Below, in pieces: positions 51,462-63,697 of a stretch of DNA of 64,000 nt (the first letter of the stretch is position 1; every line of letters starts with the position of its first letter). The position numbers were made by a program, and so were the translations under genes. Source of the stretch: Dendrobates tinctorius (lineage: Eukaryota); NCBI RefSeq assembly GCF_039654945.1, contig NW_027361925.1:6076001-6140000 (forward strand), in the 5' to 3' direction. The notes beneath the pieces are model-generated. The model saw only the letters and a list, made by a program, of their open reading frames with translations, was not told the DNA's origin and did no database searches.

Positions 51462-52259
51462 ATGCCACCCAAGCCAAGGAGCAGGAGAAGGCAGCAGACA
51501 TCTGCAGCAGCACCATCAGCACCACCCCAAATGGAGCAGCATGCTGAACAACGGGAGGGGAGTCCAGCAGCAGATGAGAGACGGTAATTATCAAATCCCC
51601 CATTCCTCCAAACTAGGGCTATTGAATATCAAGATATTCATTGGCCCTTTGTTTCTCTTTATTCAACAGCCGCCCAATAGATGCAGCAGCAATGGCAGCA
51701 GCTGGAACACCACCCACAGCCATGGAGTCTGGCCACCAGGAAGACAGCACATCATCTTCTGGGAGCCCTCCCTCGCATCGTCAGCGTTTGACGGTAAGTT
51801 TTTATTTCCAAAATCCATCATCTCTGTAATATATGTCTATTCATTGCCTTTTATTTCAAAGCAGGAATCACAAGATGAAGAGGAGCTCCCAGAAGAAGAA
51901 GGAAGGGGTGGACAGACACTTGGAGTGGGCTCACAATTGGTAAGTTTTTTGCATCAAACGCAGAAACACAACATCACACTTCACACAACACATAGAAAAC
52001 AATGTTCTGCAGACCACACACAGCAAACAAATGCCTACATCCAAAGACATAACATTTTTTGTTTTCTTCTCTAGTCTTCCCAATCTGGTGCTCGGCCAAG
52101 AGGTCCTCGCAGTGCCTCCCAGGGTCGTTGGCGACAGCAACGCGGCGGTCACCAGCGTGTAAGTATAAATATTTTTGCTTTGTTTTTTTGCACTTTTTAT
52201 TTCATTTCTTTTGTGGAGGCTAATTATGTTATTTTTGTCTTTTTCTTTAACAGCCTTCA
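51462..52259 (+). pseudogene. Truncated Harbinger MADF gene (exons 1-4 and the start of exon 5 only; MADF and BESS deleted)
   Basis: Colinear with 10539-11348 of copy 1 up to the deletion junction. Confidence 0.85.
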
Positions 52260-52350
52260 TAGAGACCATGACAAGATAGCCAACTTTGGTTGGCAAAGGT
52301 ATATACTGTTGGTACAGAAGGTACACAAGTTTGGTTAGGGCACAAATCTT

Positions 52351-53732
52351 TCACACTCTGTCATCCTGCCAGTGTACTCTGCCTTGAGGTGACATAAAGT
52401 ATAGTGCAAAATTGTCCCTCATTACTGAAACCGTCACAGAACTTCTAGTGGTAATGTCATGGTAATCTTGCAAGGTGGTTTCTTCAGAGGTGTCCTCAAT
52501 GGAAATGGGTTCCTTGCAGATAACAAAATTGTGGAGTACCACGCAAGCTTTGATCACCTCGTCCACAGTTTCTGTCTTGAGGTTGATCGCAGTCAATAGG
52601 ACCCGCCATTTGGCTGTCAGAATACCAAAGGTACATTCAACCATTCTTCTTGCTCTTGTGAGGCGGTAATTAAAAATGCGTTTTGGTCTTGTCAATCCTC
52701 TGCTAGAGTATGGTTTCAAAAGGTGTTCTGACAGCTGGAAGGCTTCATCCCCTACACAGACAAATGGCATAGGTGGACCAGATGTTTGCGGCAGCGGTCT
52801 AGGTGGTGGGAACTGGAAGGTGTTTCCATACAGTTTACGCCCCATGGCAGACAGTTTGAAAACTTGAGAGTCATTGGAGCGGCCATAGGCCCCAATATCA
52901 ACCGCAATAAATTTGTATTCCGCGTCAGCGATGGCCATGAGGACAATTGAAAAATATTTCTTGTAATTGAAATATTCCGATCCCGATCCGGCTGGCTTTA
53001 CAATGCGGATATGTTTCCCGTCCACAGCGCCCAAGCAGTTGGGAAACTGACATATCTGTTGAAACTTGTCAGCAATTTCAATCCACCTCTCTGTTGTGGG
53101 CTCTGGTAAAAACTCTTCAGCTAAGGAGTCCCACAGTGCACGGCATGTGTACTTCACAATTCCAGATATGGTGGAAATCCCGAGTCTGTACTGGAAATGC
53201 AGTGACGAAAGGGATTCTCCAGTTGCAAGAAATCTGTGGGGAATTAAAAAACAATAAATAGTTTTAAATCACAGCATTACATACCAAAACTCAGCTATAA
53301 CACTTGGAGATGCAAACTACCACCAACAAGATTGCAGTGAAAGTGTGCTCTGATGCGATCACATCCAATAAATGTGGCTTACCTTAAAGTCACCATCAGA
53401 CGCTCTGCGGGTGAAACAGAGAAGCGGCAATAGGTGTCCGCTTTTCTTATGAGGTGTGCAATGCGCTCCACCAAGTAATCAAAATTCTCCATTTTCATCC
53501 GAACATATCCAAAAAATTTATCCGGGTTTCGTCGAAGGTCCATGCAGAGTGTAGAATAGACCCCACGCGTCATTCTCTTGGCTGTGATGGGGTGGATCCA
53601 CAAACGTCGTCTACGATGCCTGATGCGCTGCTGTCTCGCTCTCTCCTTCTCCAGAACAATCACCCTCAAACGATTCGCCTCCGCTATAAAATCCGCCAAA
53701 TTCTTCAAAATATTTCCAATGACAACATCCAT
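52351..53732 (-). CDS. Harbinger transposase of copy 2, 410 aa; exons 53732-53383 and 53233-52351
   Basis: Same intron and 350+883-nt frame as copy 1; intact DDE motifs; FNYKKYFS, DSQVF. Confidence 0.93.
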
Positions 53733-54437
53733 CTTCGCCAGTAACTTGCTCTTCTCTCCAACCTGCACTTTCTCCTCTACAACCTGTCAAAGAAGGGCTG
53801 TAGGAACATGCTATATATAGTTTTCCAGTAGCCAATCCCGTTCGGAAGGCCACAAGGGTCAATTTTAAAAACCGGATCCGGCGTAATCCGTCAAAAAACG
53901 GATAGAAAAACGGATGAACCGGATGAGACGGATCCGGTTTTGTCTGTCAAGAACATTAAGTGTCTGGTTTTACTTATCCTAAGTTATGTGGCCAGATTTA
54001 TTGAAGAATTGATATTGACTTTTAGGATTGCTACTCCAATAGATGTCATAGGAGTTCAAGTCTAAAGAGGTGATATTTGCACTATTTAAGGTTGTGAGAG
54101 AAAGGGTCACTGAGAGAATGTAACCGCTACCTCAAATGCTCCCCACAAAATATTGACCCACATACAAAATGACCTCTAATTCATCTTTAATACAGTTCAT
54201 ACACCAACAAATTAATGCTGGCCATAAACTTAAAGTGAACCTGCCCAATCCACAAGCAGCTGACTTGAATTATGACTGCGTTATTGCATCCAGCAGATAT
54301 GTTTTACTCTTAGACATTGTAGTATTACAGAATGAAAAGCTGTTCAGTGACTATGTGTCTCAGTTAACTAGTCCGAGGCAGGTCTGTAGCCAGTATTTCC
54401 CAGCCCCGATCCTTTTGACTGACAGGTCTCTTCCTAT

Positions 54438-55705
54438 ATCCTCATACCTTTCCAACAGCACATTCAGCGTCTCCCACTCCCACACTACCTCCTCAACCCA
54501 CCCTCTCTCTGTTGGAGTCCCCCAAGGCTCTGTTTTAGGACCCCTACTCTTCTCAAGCTATACACTTGGCCTGGGACAACTCATAAAGTCCCACGGATTC
54601 CAGTACCACCTTTATGCTGATGACACTCAGAACTACCTCTCTGGCCCAGACATCACCTCTCTGCTGTCCAGAATCCCAGAGTGTCTATCAGCCATATCCT
54701 CCTTCTTCTCCTCTCGCTTCCTCAAGCTCAATGTGGACAAATCTGAACTCATTATCTTTCCTCCATCTCACATATCTTCCTTACCTGACCTACCTATAAC
54801 AATTAATGACATCATTTCCCCAGTACCAGTAGTCCGCTGCCTTGGAGTAACCGTTGACTCTGCCCGTCCCTCAAACCGCACATCCAAGCTCTTTCTACCT
54901 CCTGTCGCCTCCAGTTCAAAAATATTTCCAGAATCCGTCCTTTCCTCACCCCTCATTCTACTAAAATGCTTGTGCATGCCCTCATCATCTCCCGCCTCGA
55001 CTACTGCAACATCCTTGTATGTGGTCTCCCTGCTAACACCCTTGCACCTCTCCAGTCCATCATTTACTCTGCTGCCCAACTAATTCATCTTTCTCCTCGC
55101 TACTCCTCCGCTTCTCCCCTCTGCAAATCTCTTCACTGGCTCCCATTCCCTCAGCGTATCCAGTTGAAATGACTAATACTGACCTACAAGGCCATCTATA
55201 ACCTGTCTCCCCATATGTCTCTGAACTAATCTCCCGATACCTTCCCTCACGTAATCTCCGGTCCTCCCAAAACCTCATTCTCTCCTCCACACTTATTCGC
55301 TCCTCACCCAACCGCCTCCAAGACTTCTCCCAAATAGCCCCTATCCCCTGGAATTCTTTGCCCCAACATGTCCGACTGTCAACCACATTTGGATCCTTCA
55401 GACGGAACCTGAAAACCCACCTCTTCAAGAAAGCCTACAGCCTGCAATGACCCCGCTACCTCTTCACCACTACCGGAGATATCACCTCAACCAACACCGG
55501 AACTGCTGCAACCCGCCAATCTACTGTCTCCTTCCCCACCATCCTGTAGCATGTTAGCCCGAAAGGGCAGGGTCCTCTCCCCTCTGTATCAGTCTGTCAT
55601 TTTCAGTTTGTTTACTGTAAGTGATATCTGTAATTTGTATGTAACCCCTTCTCATGTACAGGAATCAATGGTGCTATATAAAGTAAATAATAATAATAAT
55701 AGTAA
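54438..55705 (+). mobile_element. 5'-truncated, frameshifted L2 LINE
   Basis: [34 protein letters not shown] across frames; (AAT)n tail at ~55685-55705. Confidence 0.9.
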
Positions 55706-55967
55706 TATACATGGTAACAACTACATATCACTTTTCTGTGACTTCTGTAAAACTTCTCCAGGTGATTATCAGTCCCAGCAATAAAAAAATGAATGTATAG
55801 TATATTCTGAAGTGTGCCACATTTTCTACAGTATATGGGGAAAAACTGGTAAACCTGCCCAAGAGATACTGAAACACAATCAGGTATAGATACCAGTCAA
55901 TGTGAGCCTGAGATTGTTCCTCCCTTTTAAATAATTTTAGCTCTGCTCTTTAATTCTAGAGCCTCAC

Positions 55968-56041
55968 CCCAGATGTAAAAATATTTGGATTTCCACTTTC
56001 AAGCATTTCTTCCAGTTCATCATCTGTTGTATTTTTGCCAG
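55968..56041 (-). CDS. STX3: STX3 exon 7 ([25 protein letters not shown])
   Basis: 74 nt, canonical splice sites, syntaxin linker. Confidence 0.95.
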
Positions 56042-57476
56042 CTGGAAAACAAGACATAATTGTAATGACATTCCACTATACATTCATATACACTATTCAT
56101 TCAGTTATTTCCAGAAATGTCATATTTGCATTGACAGTGTTGGAACAGAAAAGACATGACCTTTTAGGTCATCTCATCTACATTTTGATCATATGGTCAT
56201 AATGCAATACAAAGTCACTATGGAGAGGATGCATCTCACTGGGTACTATATTCCATGGAAGAATTATAAGAGGTTATATATATGTCATGTATTTATGATA
56301 GGCAGATGTACTACCATGGCCTGCAGCATCTCTGAACTTGTCTTCCATCGAACACATCTGGGATGTCAGAGCGACAATTGCAAAGGAAGCTGCCAGCAGC
56401 GGATCTTGATTATTTCCATACCCAAGTGCATTCAGCATAGCCTAATATCCCTCAGACATCCCTTAATAATCTCATTGATAGCATATAAAGGTGTGTAAGT
56501 GTGTGTATATCTGCATGTGGTGCTTGGAGCTGAGAGCTCACAAGTGTCAGTAATCACACTTTTGTCTGTTGTGCTCAATGAAACTTGTCATTTGCTAATC
56601 AGTGAGAGCAATCTGTCATTATATCTCAGAAGGGAGTAACCTGTTCTGAGCTATTGTGGGCAGTGACCTTCTTTCCTCTGCACAATGCTGTCTGTTTATG
56701 ATTGGTCAATGAAGAAGTATATGTCCCAGTAAAAGCTCTCTTAGACTTAATGAAAATTAACTCACTAGGTGCCAAATACTTTGATTACTAATATCTCTGC
56801 AATGGAGATGCGAAATTTAAAAAAAAATGTTGCACAACAGCCACTATTACATCAATTGTCCAGCTCAAAATAAAAAAAATGGTGAAAGGTCCTGTTTTTA
56901 ATGACATTGGTTGTATGTCTGGGGTAATTGCATTGCTGCAGAAAACATTTGGGGCCAATCAGAGTGAAGCCTGACGTTATTCCAAGATGGATAAGTATCT
57001 GCCTGTATTGCTCCGCATTAAATAAATCCTGGCCAGATCTGCAAAAATGCATCTCCAAACTTACAAGGAACCTCCACCATGCTTCACTGGAGCCTCCAGA
57101 TACTTTTTATTGTACCACTTTCCAGCCCATCGGCAAACAAGATCTGTGGTTAGTTCTCTTTGGGACAACCTCCCTGCAGAGTTCTTCCCAAAATTGTGTA
57201 CATGTGTACCTAGAAGAATTGATGCTGATTTGAAGACAAAGGGTGGTCAGACTAAATGTTGATTTGATTTACCGTATGTTTCCCTTGTGTTCATTCCCTT
57301 TGCATTTTCTTTATTGATAAAAATAAACTATTAACATTTATGTTTTTTAAATCTTTCTGACTTTGTAGCATTTTACACCTGCATATGCAATCAGCTCCAC
57401 ATTCAGTATATTAGATACAAGTAAATCTGTAAGAGTTTATTACAGAAAACGTAGCCAAAACATATGGGCTACTCAC

Positions 57477-57585
57477 TGATTTCCAGCTGTCTTTGGATCC
57501 GTCCTTTGCTTCGCTCCCTGAAATCAACTTGAGCTTCATTGTACTTTGTCATGACATCCACAAATTTCCGGGCGAGAACAGAATG
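57477..57585 (-). CDS. STX3: STX3 exon 6 ([36 protein letters not shown])
   Basis: 109 nt, canonical splice sites, Hc helix. Confidence 0.95.
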
Positions 57586-58364
57586 CTGTAGAGAAGACAG
57601 GCAATCAAAGTTAAGCAACTAACTGGTGTGTGATGCCTAAAGGGTGTAACTATAGTGGTTCCAGGGGTTGCAGTCATACCCAGTTCCTGGAGCCTAGTGA
57701 GACCCAAAAGGTCCCCTTGGCCCATATAAGTAGACCAATTCTGTTAAACACCTGTGATAGTTGGGGCCCTGATTGAGATTTTGCAAGCTATGCCAGTGCA
57801 GAGAATCGCTCAGTGAACTGGCACTGGCTAATGCAACAACGTAGCAAAGATCCAGCAGTAAGCTACCCAATTTGGGGTCAAACAGTTCAAATTCTTACAG
57901 AAAATATAATCAATAATGTCTAATAGATTATTTGTAAATTTTTCAACACAACCCCATCAACCAAAAATACAATAAAATTGTGGGCATGTAATGTATAGAT
58001 GGAGGATTGTCCCTTGAAATGATTTCCACACCAGTCTGATGATGAACCCATAGATCTACCTCTGGGCCACCTAATTGTTGAAAAATCTAACAATTATAGC
58101 AAAGAACTTGCGCAAGGTGGCATCATTGTGTATGCCTTTATCTGGTCCCATTGTGGAGCTTTTCTGCTACAAGTATCAATAGAGTGTATTATTTCACAAT
58201 GCAGGCCTGTTGGTCATAGACCCATGGTTGGACACATGATTGTCTTAAAGTTATGACCAAAGGTTCAATAAGAGTAAGGCTAGGGTAGATTGGGCAGAGT
58301 AAGGGAAAATGCAGAATATATGGCATTCTCTCCTGTTCCAGGACCAAGAACGCTCTGACTGTAA

Positions 58365-59014
58365 GGCCGGGGTCACACTGGCGAGGAATACGGGTGCGTG
58401 AGAGGCGCTAAAAGCACGCATTAGACATGGACCAATGATTCTCTATGGGGTCCCTCGCACCAGCCGCATATTTCTCATCCGTATTCTACGCTCCGTGCCA
58501 ATTGCAGCATGCTGCGATTGTCAGCGTACTACGCCCGTAGTACGCCAATGCAAGTCTATGGGTGCGCAAAAAATACGGATTACACACGGACCACACGTGT
58601 GACTTGCGAGAAATACGCACCTGGTGTCTTTTAGCAAAGCCGGCAATTCAGTGCGCTATACAGTAAACTCACACTGACAGGTTTAATAAAGAAAGAAAGA
58701 ATAGATATATACACACAGAATACACACACATATATATATATACATGCTATGTGTCTATATCTATTCTCTGGTTTCTGTTAGAAACCCTGTCATAGGGCTC
58801 CATTATATGTCCATTTTGCAAGCCTGCGAGAAAATCTCGCCATGCGGATGCCATACCGATGCCATACGGATTACATACGGATGCTGACATGCGCAAAATA
58901 CGCGACCACACCTTGATTACGGATGACATACGGAGCACTGTTTAGGGGCCATTCATCCGTATTACGCATGTAAAATACTGACCGTATTTTGCGTCGGTTA
59001 GTGTGAACCCGGCC
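58365..59014. mobile_element. Harbinger-type MITE
   Basis: TAA|GGCCGGGGTCACAC...GTGTGAACCCGGCC|TAA. Confidence 0.85.
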
Positions 59015-59385
59015 TAAAGCTAATGCTGTGCATACGAGGAGATGTAGGAAGAGAACTATAACTATAAAAAATAAGGTTAGGAAAAGCCATTAAATTTAGC
59101 TTAGGCTCCTGAATGGCAATTTGTCCTCACTGTGATTCCCAGTAGGTGATCATTTGTCCCCCCCTGGTATGTAGCCGTATTGTGTTTCGAAGGAGCCTAG
59201 AAAGGAACATTTTAGAGACAGTACTAGATTTAGGGATGTAATGTGTGTGACATAGACAACTCTTCCCTTGTTTGATCAACATGTCTTGGTTTATACCACA
59301 ATAACCTGACATTAGAAAAGTTTGCATTTAGGTAAAGTATGCTGAATTTAGACCACATCCCAGAATCATTGTTTACATACCATAC

Positions 59386-59453
59386 CTGTGATTTCCGTAT
59401 TCGAAGGTCGGCAGAGGATTGTATGGAGTCCTGTTCTATGGACTGTTCCATTG
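59386..59453 (-). CDS. STX3: STX3 exon 5 (MEQSIEQDSIQSSADLRIRKSQ)
   Basis: 68 nt, canonical splice sites. Confidence 0.93.
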
Positions 59454-59639
59454 CTAAAAAGTGGAGATAAGACCTTAGATTAGGCTACAGTTCTAAAGAG
59501 GAGAACAATACTTTATATCCTTTTACCTCCACAAATCAGTCTAAGCAAGATGTCATTGAGAGGACAGATTAGTGACTACCATATATTGTAGACGACAGGA
59601 CGTTGGCGGTAATGGTCATTGTACACACAAAGCACTCAC

Positions 59640-59714
59640 ACTTTAAACGTGACCTGACGCTGTTTGCTGCTTTCTTGATCTCGACTGTCAAGTTCTCCAA
59701 TTCATCCTTTGTTT
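59640..59714 (-). CDS. STX3: STX3 exon 4 (KTKDELENLTVEIKKAANSVRSRLK)
   Basis: 75 nt, AG/GTGAGT, Hb helix. Confidence 0.93.
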
Positions 59715-59785
59715 CTTCAAGAGGAAAAAATTTCAAGTTATTAATATCAAGTTGGAAGTTTTAGGACAGTATCAAAAAAGACATC

Positions 59786-59925
59786 TAATAATCTTTATTT
59801 TTATAATAATCTTTATTTTTATATAGCGCTAACATATTCCGCAGCGCTTTACAGTTTGCACATATTTTCATCACTGTCCCTGATGGGGCTCACAGTCTAA
59901 ATTCCCTATCAGTATGTTTTTTGGA
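59786..59925 (-). mobile_element. Truncated SINE (same family as 61324-61580)
   Basis: Reverse complement of the SINE 3' half with a duplicated AT-rich tail. Confidence 0.8.
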
Positions 59926-61323
59926 TCTAGAAATCCAAAGCGGACACTCAGATTTCTGCCTCAGATTTGTCAATAAATGTCACATCACTTTTATTTTTTT
60001 TGTCCATTGCACAGTTTAAGTCTTTTGGCACAGTCAGACGGTTGTATAACATGAACGATGGTCGTATAACACCAACGACGGTTGCATTGCAATGCTCAGA
60101 CCGGCGACGGCTCTCCTGATCCAAGTGTGACAGCTGCATAGAAATACATGCCGTCATGCTCGGATCAGGAGAGCCAATGTCCAGTCCATGCATTGTAATG
60201 CAACTGTCGTACTGTGCCCTTTGGCGGAAAAAGCCACATCATGTGACCTGTTTTGAACAGCTGACATGTGCCCGCAATAGCAGCGGGCGGAATCGTGATC
60301 CACCCGTGGCTATTAAACCTGTAAATATTGCTGTCAAACGCTGACAGCAGCATTTAAATGGCACTTCTGGCAATTACGCCAGAAATGCACACACCGGTGA
60401 CCCACGTCATGTGATCGCGGGTCACCGGTGTGTCACCATAACAACCAGAGCTCTCCCTGAGACCTCTATGGTTCTTGATGCCGGATTGCTGTGAGCGCCA
60501 CGCTGTGGTCGGCGCTCATAGCAATGCAGTAAATCTACTACATAGAGGCGATCTGAGCATCACCTCTATGTAGCAGAAGCATTCGAGTTGTGGCAGCTTC
60601 TAGACTCCCATGGAGGCTATTGAAGCATGCCAATAGTAAAAAAAATGTTTTTAAAAATATGAAAAAAATAAAAAAATATAAAAGTTCAAATCACCCCCCT
60701 TTTGCCCCATTCAAAATAAAACAATAAAAAAATCATACATACACATATTTGGTATCATCGCATCTATCAATAAAAAAGGATTACCCTGATCGCTAAACGG
60801 CGTAGCAAGAAAAAAATCAAAACGCCAGAATTACGTTTTTTGGTTGCCGCAATATTGCATTAAAATGCAAGAACGGGCAATCAAAAGAACATATCTGCAC
60901 CAAAATGGTATCACTAAAAACACCAGCTCGACGCGCAAAAAATAAGCCCTCTCCCAACCAGAGATAACGAAAGGTGGAGACGCTACGGGTATCGGAAAAT
61001 GATGCAATTTTTTTTCTTTCTTAGCAAAGTTTGGAATTTTTTTCACCACTTAGATAAAAAAAGAACTTAAATATGTCTGGTGTCTATGAGCTCATAATGA
61101 CCTGGAAAATCATAATGGCAGGTCAGTTTTAGCATTTAGTGAACCTAGCAAAATAGCCAAACAAAAAACAAGTGTGGGATTGCACTTTTTTTTGCAATTT
61201 CACCGCACTTCGAATTTTTTTGCCATTTTCTAGTACACAATATGTTAAAATCAATGGTGTTGTTCAAAAGTACAACTCATCCTGCAAAAAATAAGCCCTC
61301 ACATGGCCATATTGATAGGAAAA

Positions 61324-61580
61324 TGGCAGCATGATGGTTCAGTGGATAGCACTGCAGCCTTGCAATGCTGGAGTCCTGGGTTCGAATCCCACCAAGGACA
61401 GCATCTGCAAGGAGTTTGTATGTTCTCCCCGTGTTTGCGTGGGTTTCCTCCCACACTCCAAAAAGACATACTGATAGGGAATTTAGATTGTGAGCCCCAT
61501 TGGGATGATCAGTGATGATAATGTGTGCAAACTGTAAAGCGCTGCGGAATATGTTAGCGCTATATAAAGATTACTATTAA
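61324..61580 (+). mobile_element. tRNA-derived V-SINE with L2-like tail
   Basis: Pol III A box (TGGTTCAGTGG) and B box (GGTTCGAATCC); V-domain GGAGTTTGTATGTTCTCCCCGTGTTTGCGTGGGTTTCCTCC; tail shared with the L2 3' end. Confidence 0.85.
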
Positions 61581-61784
61581 AAATAAAAAAATTATGGCTC
61601 TGGAGAGAAGGGGAGTGAAAAACAAAAATGCAAAACCGAAAAAAGCTCCGATCATGAAGAGGTTTATTATAGAATATACTATATATATATAAGCCTTCCC
61701 CAACTGTCAGAAGTCAAGTTTTGGAGCATGTAAGAGTCACTAATCTGCTGACTCTACAGTCCCATATATAATGGTATTACACAC

Positions 61785-61884
61785 TCTGTTCAGGTAGCGG
61801 AGCTGAGAGGATCACACTGTGCAGTCTCTTGGTCTCATTAACACTCTCAGAGATCTTCTCGATGTTCTGCCGAGTCTCCTCAAT
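61785..61884 (-). CDS. STX3: STX3 exon 3 ([33 protein letters not shown])
   Basis: 100 nt, TTTTAG acceptor, GTGTGT donor, Ha helix. Confidence 0.92.
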
Positions 61885-62037
61885 CTAAAATTGGTGAATG
61901 TAGAGAACATGAGAGATTTAGTGGGGAATATAGAAAAAATTGTAACCAGAAAAATGACAGTAGATTATAAAATCCTATATAAACCATTACATACGAGGAT
62001 GTACTGTGTATGCATATGCACAGTGGGTATGTGTCAC

Positions 62038-62115
62038 CTGAGCAAAGAAGTCGTCCATAAAGGCCGCATTGTCGATGGAGATGTCAACTTCATCTGTGTC
62101 GTCTGTGTCTTGAGT
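62038..62115 (-). CDS. STX3: STX3 exon 2 (TQDTDDTDEVDISIDNAAFMDDFFAQ); exon 1 outside the window
   Basis: 78 nt, TTGCAG/GTGACA; syntaxin N-terminal FMDxFF motif. Confidence 0.92.
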
Positions 62116-62248
62116 CTGCAATGCAAAAAACTGTAGTGTTACAGACATGCCCAACATTGTACAGGTAATGACAAGTGTAAAAGGACAAGAGCTATATGTA
62201 CCATAGGAAACATACATGCCATATCGGCAGAGAGCTAGACAGATTTGT

Positions 62249-62282
<34 letters not shown>
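62249..62282. repeat. (GATA)n microsatellite
   Basis: About 8 tandem GATA units. Confidence 0.95.
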
Positions 62283-62444
62283 ATGGAATAAAGAGGCAAC
62301 ACTCCAATACTTGTTAAAGTACAAAAAAGGACTTTAATAGCCTCTTATTTCATTTTATATTACACTAGCTGAAGAGCCCAGCGCTGCCCGGGCATAGTAA
62401 CTAACTGCGGTTAGTTATAACAAATTATAATGAATATATATATA

Positions 62445-63329
62445 CTAGATTATGGCCCGATGCTATCGCATCGGGAGGATGCGATATCATCACACCTCTT
62501 GCCATGTTAACCCTCAACACACACACTCCTCTCACCTTTCACCATCTCCACTCACTCACTCCACATACGACCCCTTCTCTCACTCCGTCTCTCATACTCA
62601 TACTTGATCCAGACGTTGTCCACGCCGGCGACATGTTCTTGCGGCGACACCATCTTGAGTATCGTGAAATCCCGCGATAATCAGGATGGCGTCGCCGCAA
62701 GAACATGTCGCCGGCGTGGACGACGTCGGGATCCAAAATGGCGTCGGCGAAATCTCGCGAGTTTTCGCCAACGCCATTTTGGATCACAACGTCGTCCTCG
62801 CCAGCGACATGTTCTTGCGGCGACGCCATCTTGAGTATCACGGGATTTCGCGGATCCAAAATAGCGTCGCCGCAAGAACATGTCGCCGGTGTGGAGGACG
62901 TCGGGATCCAAAATGGCGTCGGCGAAATCTCGCGATATTTCGCCGACGCCATTTTGGATCCCGACGTCCTCCACACCGGCGACATGTTCTTGCGGCGACG
63001 CCATCTTGACTATTGCGGGATTTCGCCGATCCAAAATGGCGTCGCCGCAAGAACATGTCGCCGGCGTGGAGGACGTCTGCATCCAGGATGGCGCCGGCGG
63101 AAGAAGATGTCGGGGATCGTGGATCAGCGGCGATGACGGCGTGAGTATGAGAGACGGAGTGAGAGAAAGGGTCGTATGTGGAGTGAAAGAGTGAGTGGAG
63201 ATGGTGAAAGGTGAGAGGACTGTGTGTGTTGAGGGTTAACATGGAAAGAGGTGTGCGGTGACGTCACCGGTTACAACTGGACGGAAGTTGTTACAACCGG
63301 AAGTTGCTTAGGGCATTTATTATTATAGA
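62445..63329 (-). mobile_element. Non-autonomous Helitron with nested palindromic interior
   Basis: On the - strand: A|TC start at 63329, 8-bp-stem hairpin CCCGATGC/GCATCGGG (62456-62475), CTAG|T end at 62445; inserted in a TA run with no TSD. Confidence 0.8.
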
Positions 63330-63385
63330 TATATATATATAAAGCTGAGTGTATAGCCCCACCCACTCCGTATTGCCACATTCAC

Positions 63386-63653
63386 TATAATATCCCACAT
63401 CATCCCGTCAGCCAGAGTCACCGGATAACTACCACTAATATCCCACATCATCCCGTCACAGCCGCCAGACTACTACCCCTAATATCCCACATCATTTGGT
63501 CACAGCCGCCGGGCTACTACCCCTAATATTCCACATCATCCCATCAGCCAGAGCCACCGGACTACTACCCCTAATATCCCATAATATCCCACATCATCCC
63601 GTCAGCCAGAGCCACCGGACTACTCTCCCTAATATCCCACATCATCCCATCAG
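63386..63653. repeat. ~47-bp tandem repeat (TAATATCCCACATCATCCCGTCAGCCAGAGCCACCGGACTACTACCCC), about 6 copies
   Basis: Direct inspection. Confidence 0.85.
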
Positions 63654-63697
63654 CCTGAGGTCAGAACCAGAGCGTTGAGTGGATTTGCCCTGACTTC

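Larger units (their letters stand above)
51049..53953. mobile_element. Harbinger copy 2: 2.4-kb internal deletion, right TIR lost
   Basis: TAA|GGCCTCTTTCACACATCAGG left end identical to copy 1. Junction AGCCTTCA|TAGAGACC at 52259/52260 removes the equivalent of 11349-13753. Similarity to copy 1 stops 125 bp short of the right end. Confidence 0.95.

Noticed and set aside
61324-61400. tRNA gene
   Set aside because: A and B boxes are present but run straight into a V-domain and LINE tail; it is a SINE head.
62539-63242. Multiple 100-150 aa ORFs on both strands
   Set aside because: Artefacts of a GC-rich palindromic repeat; no recognisable domain.
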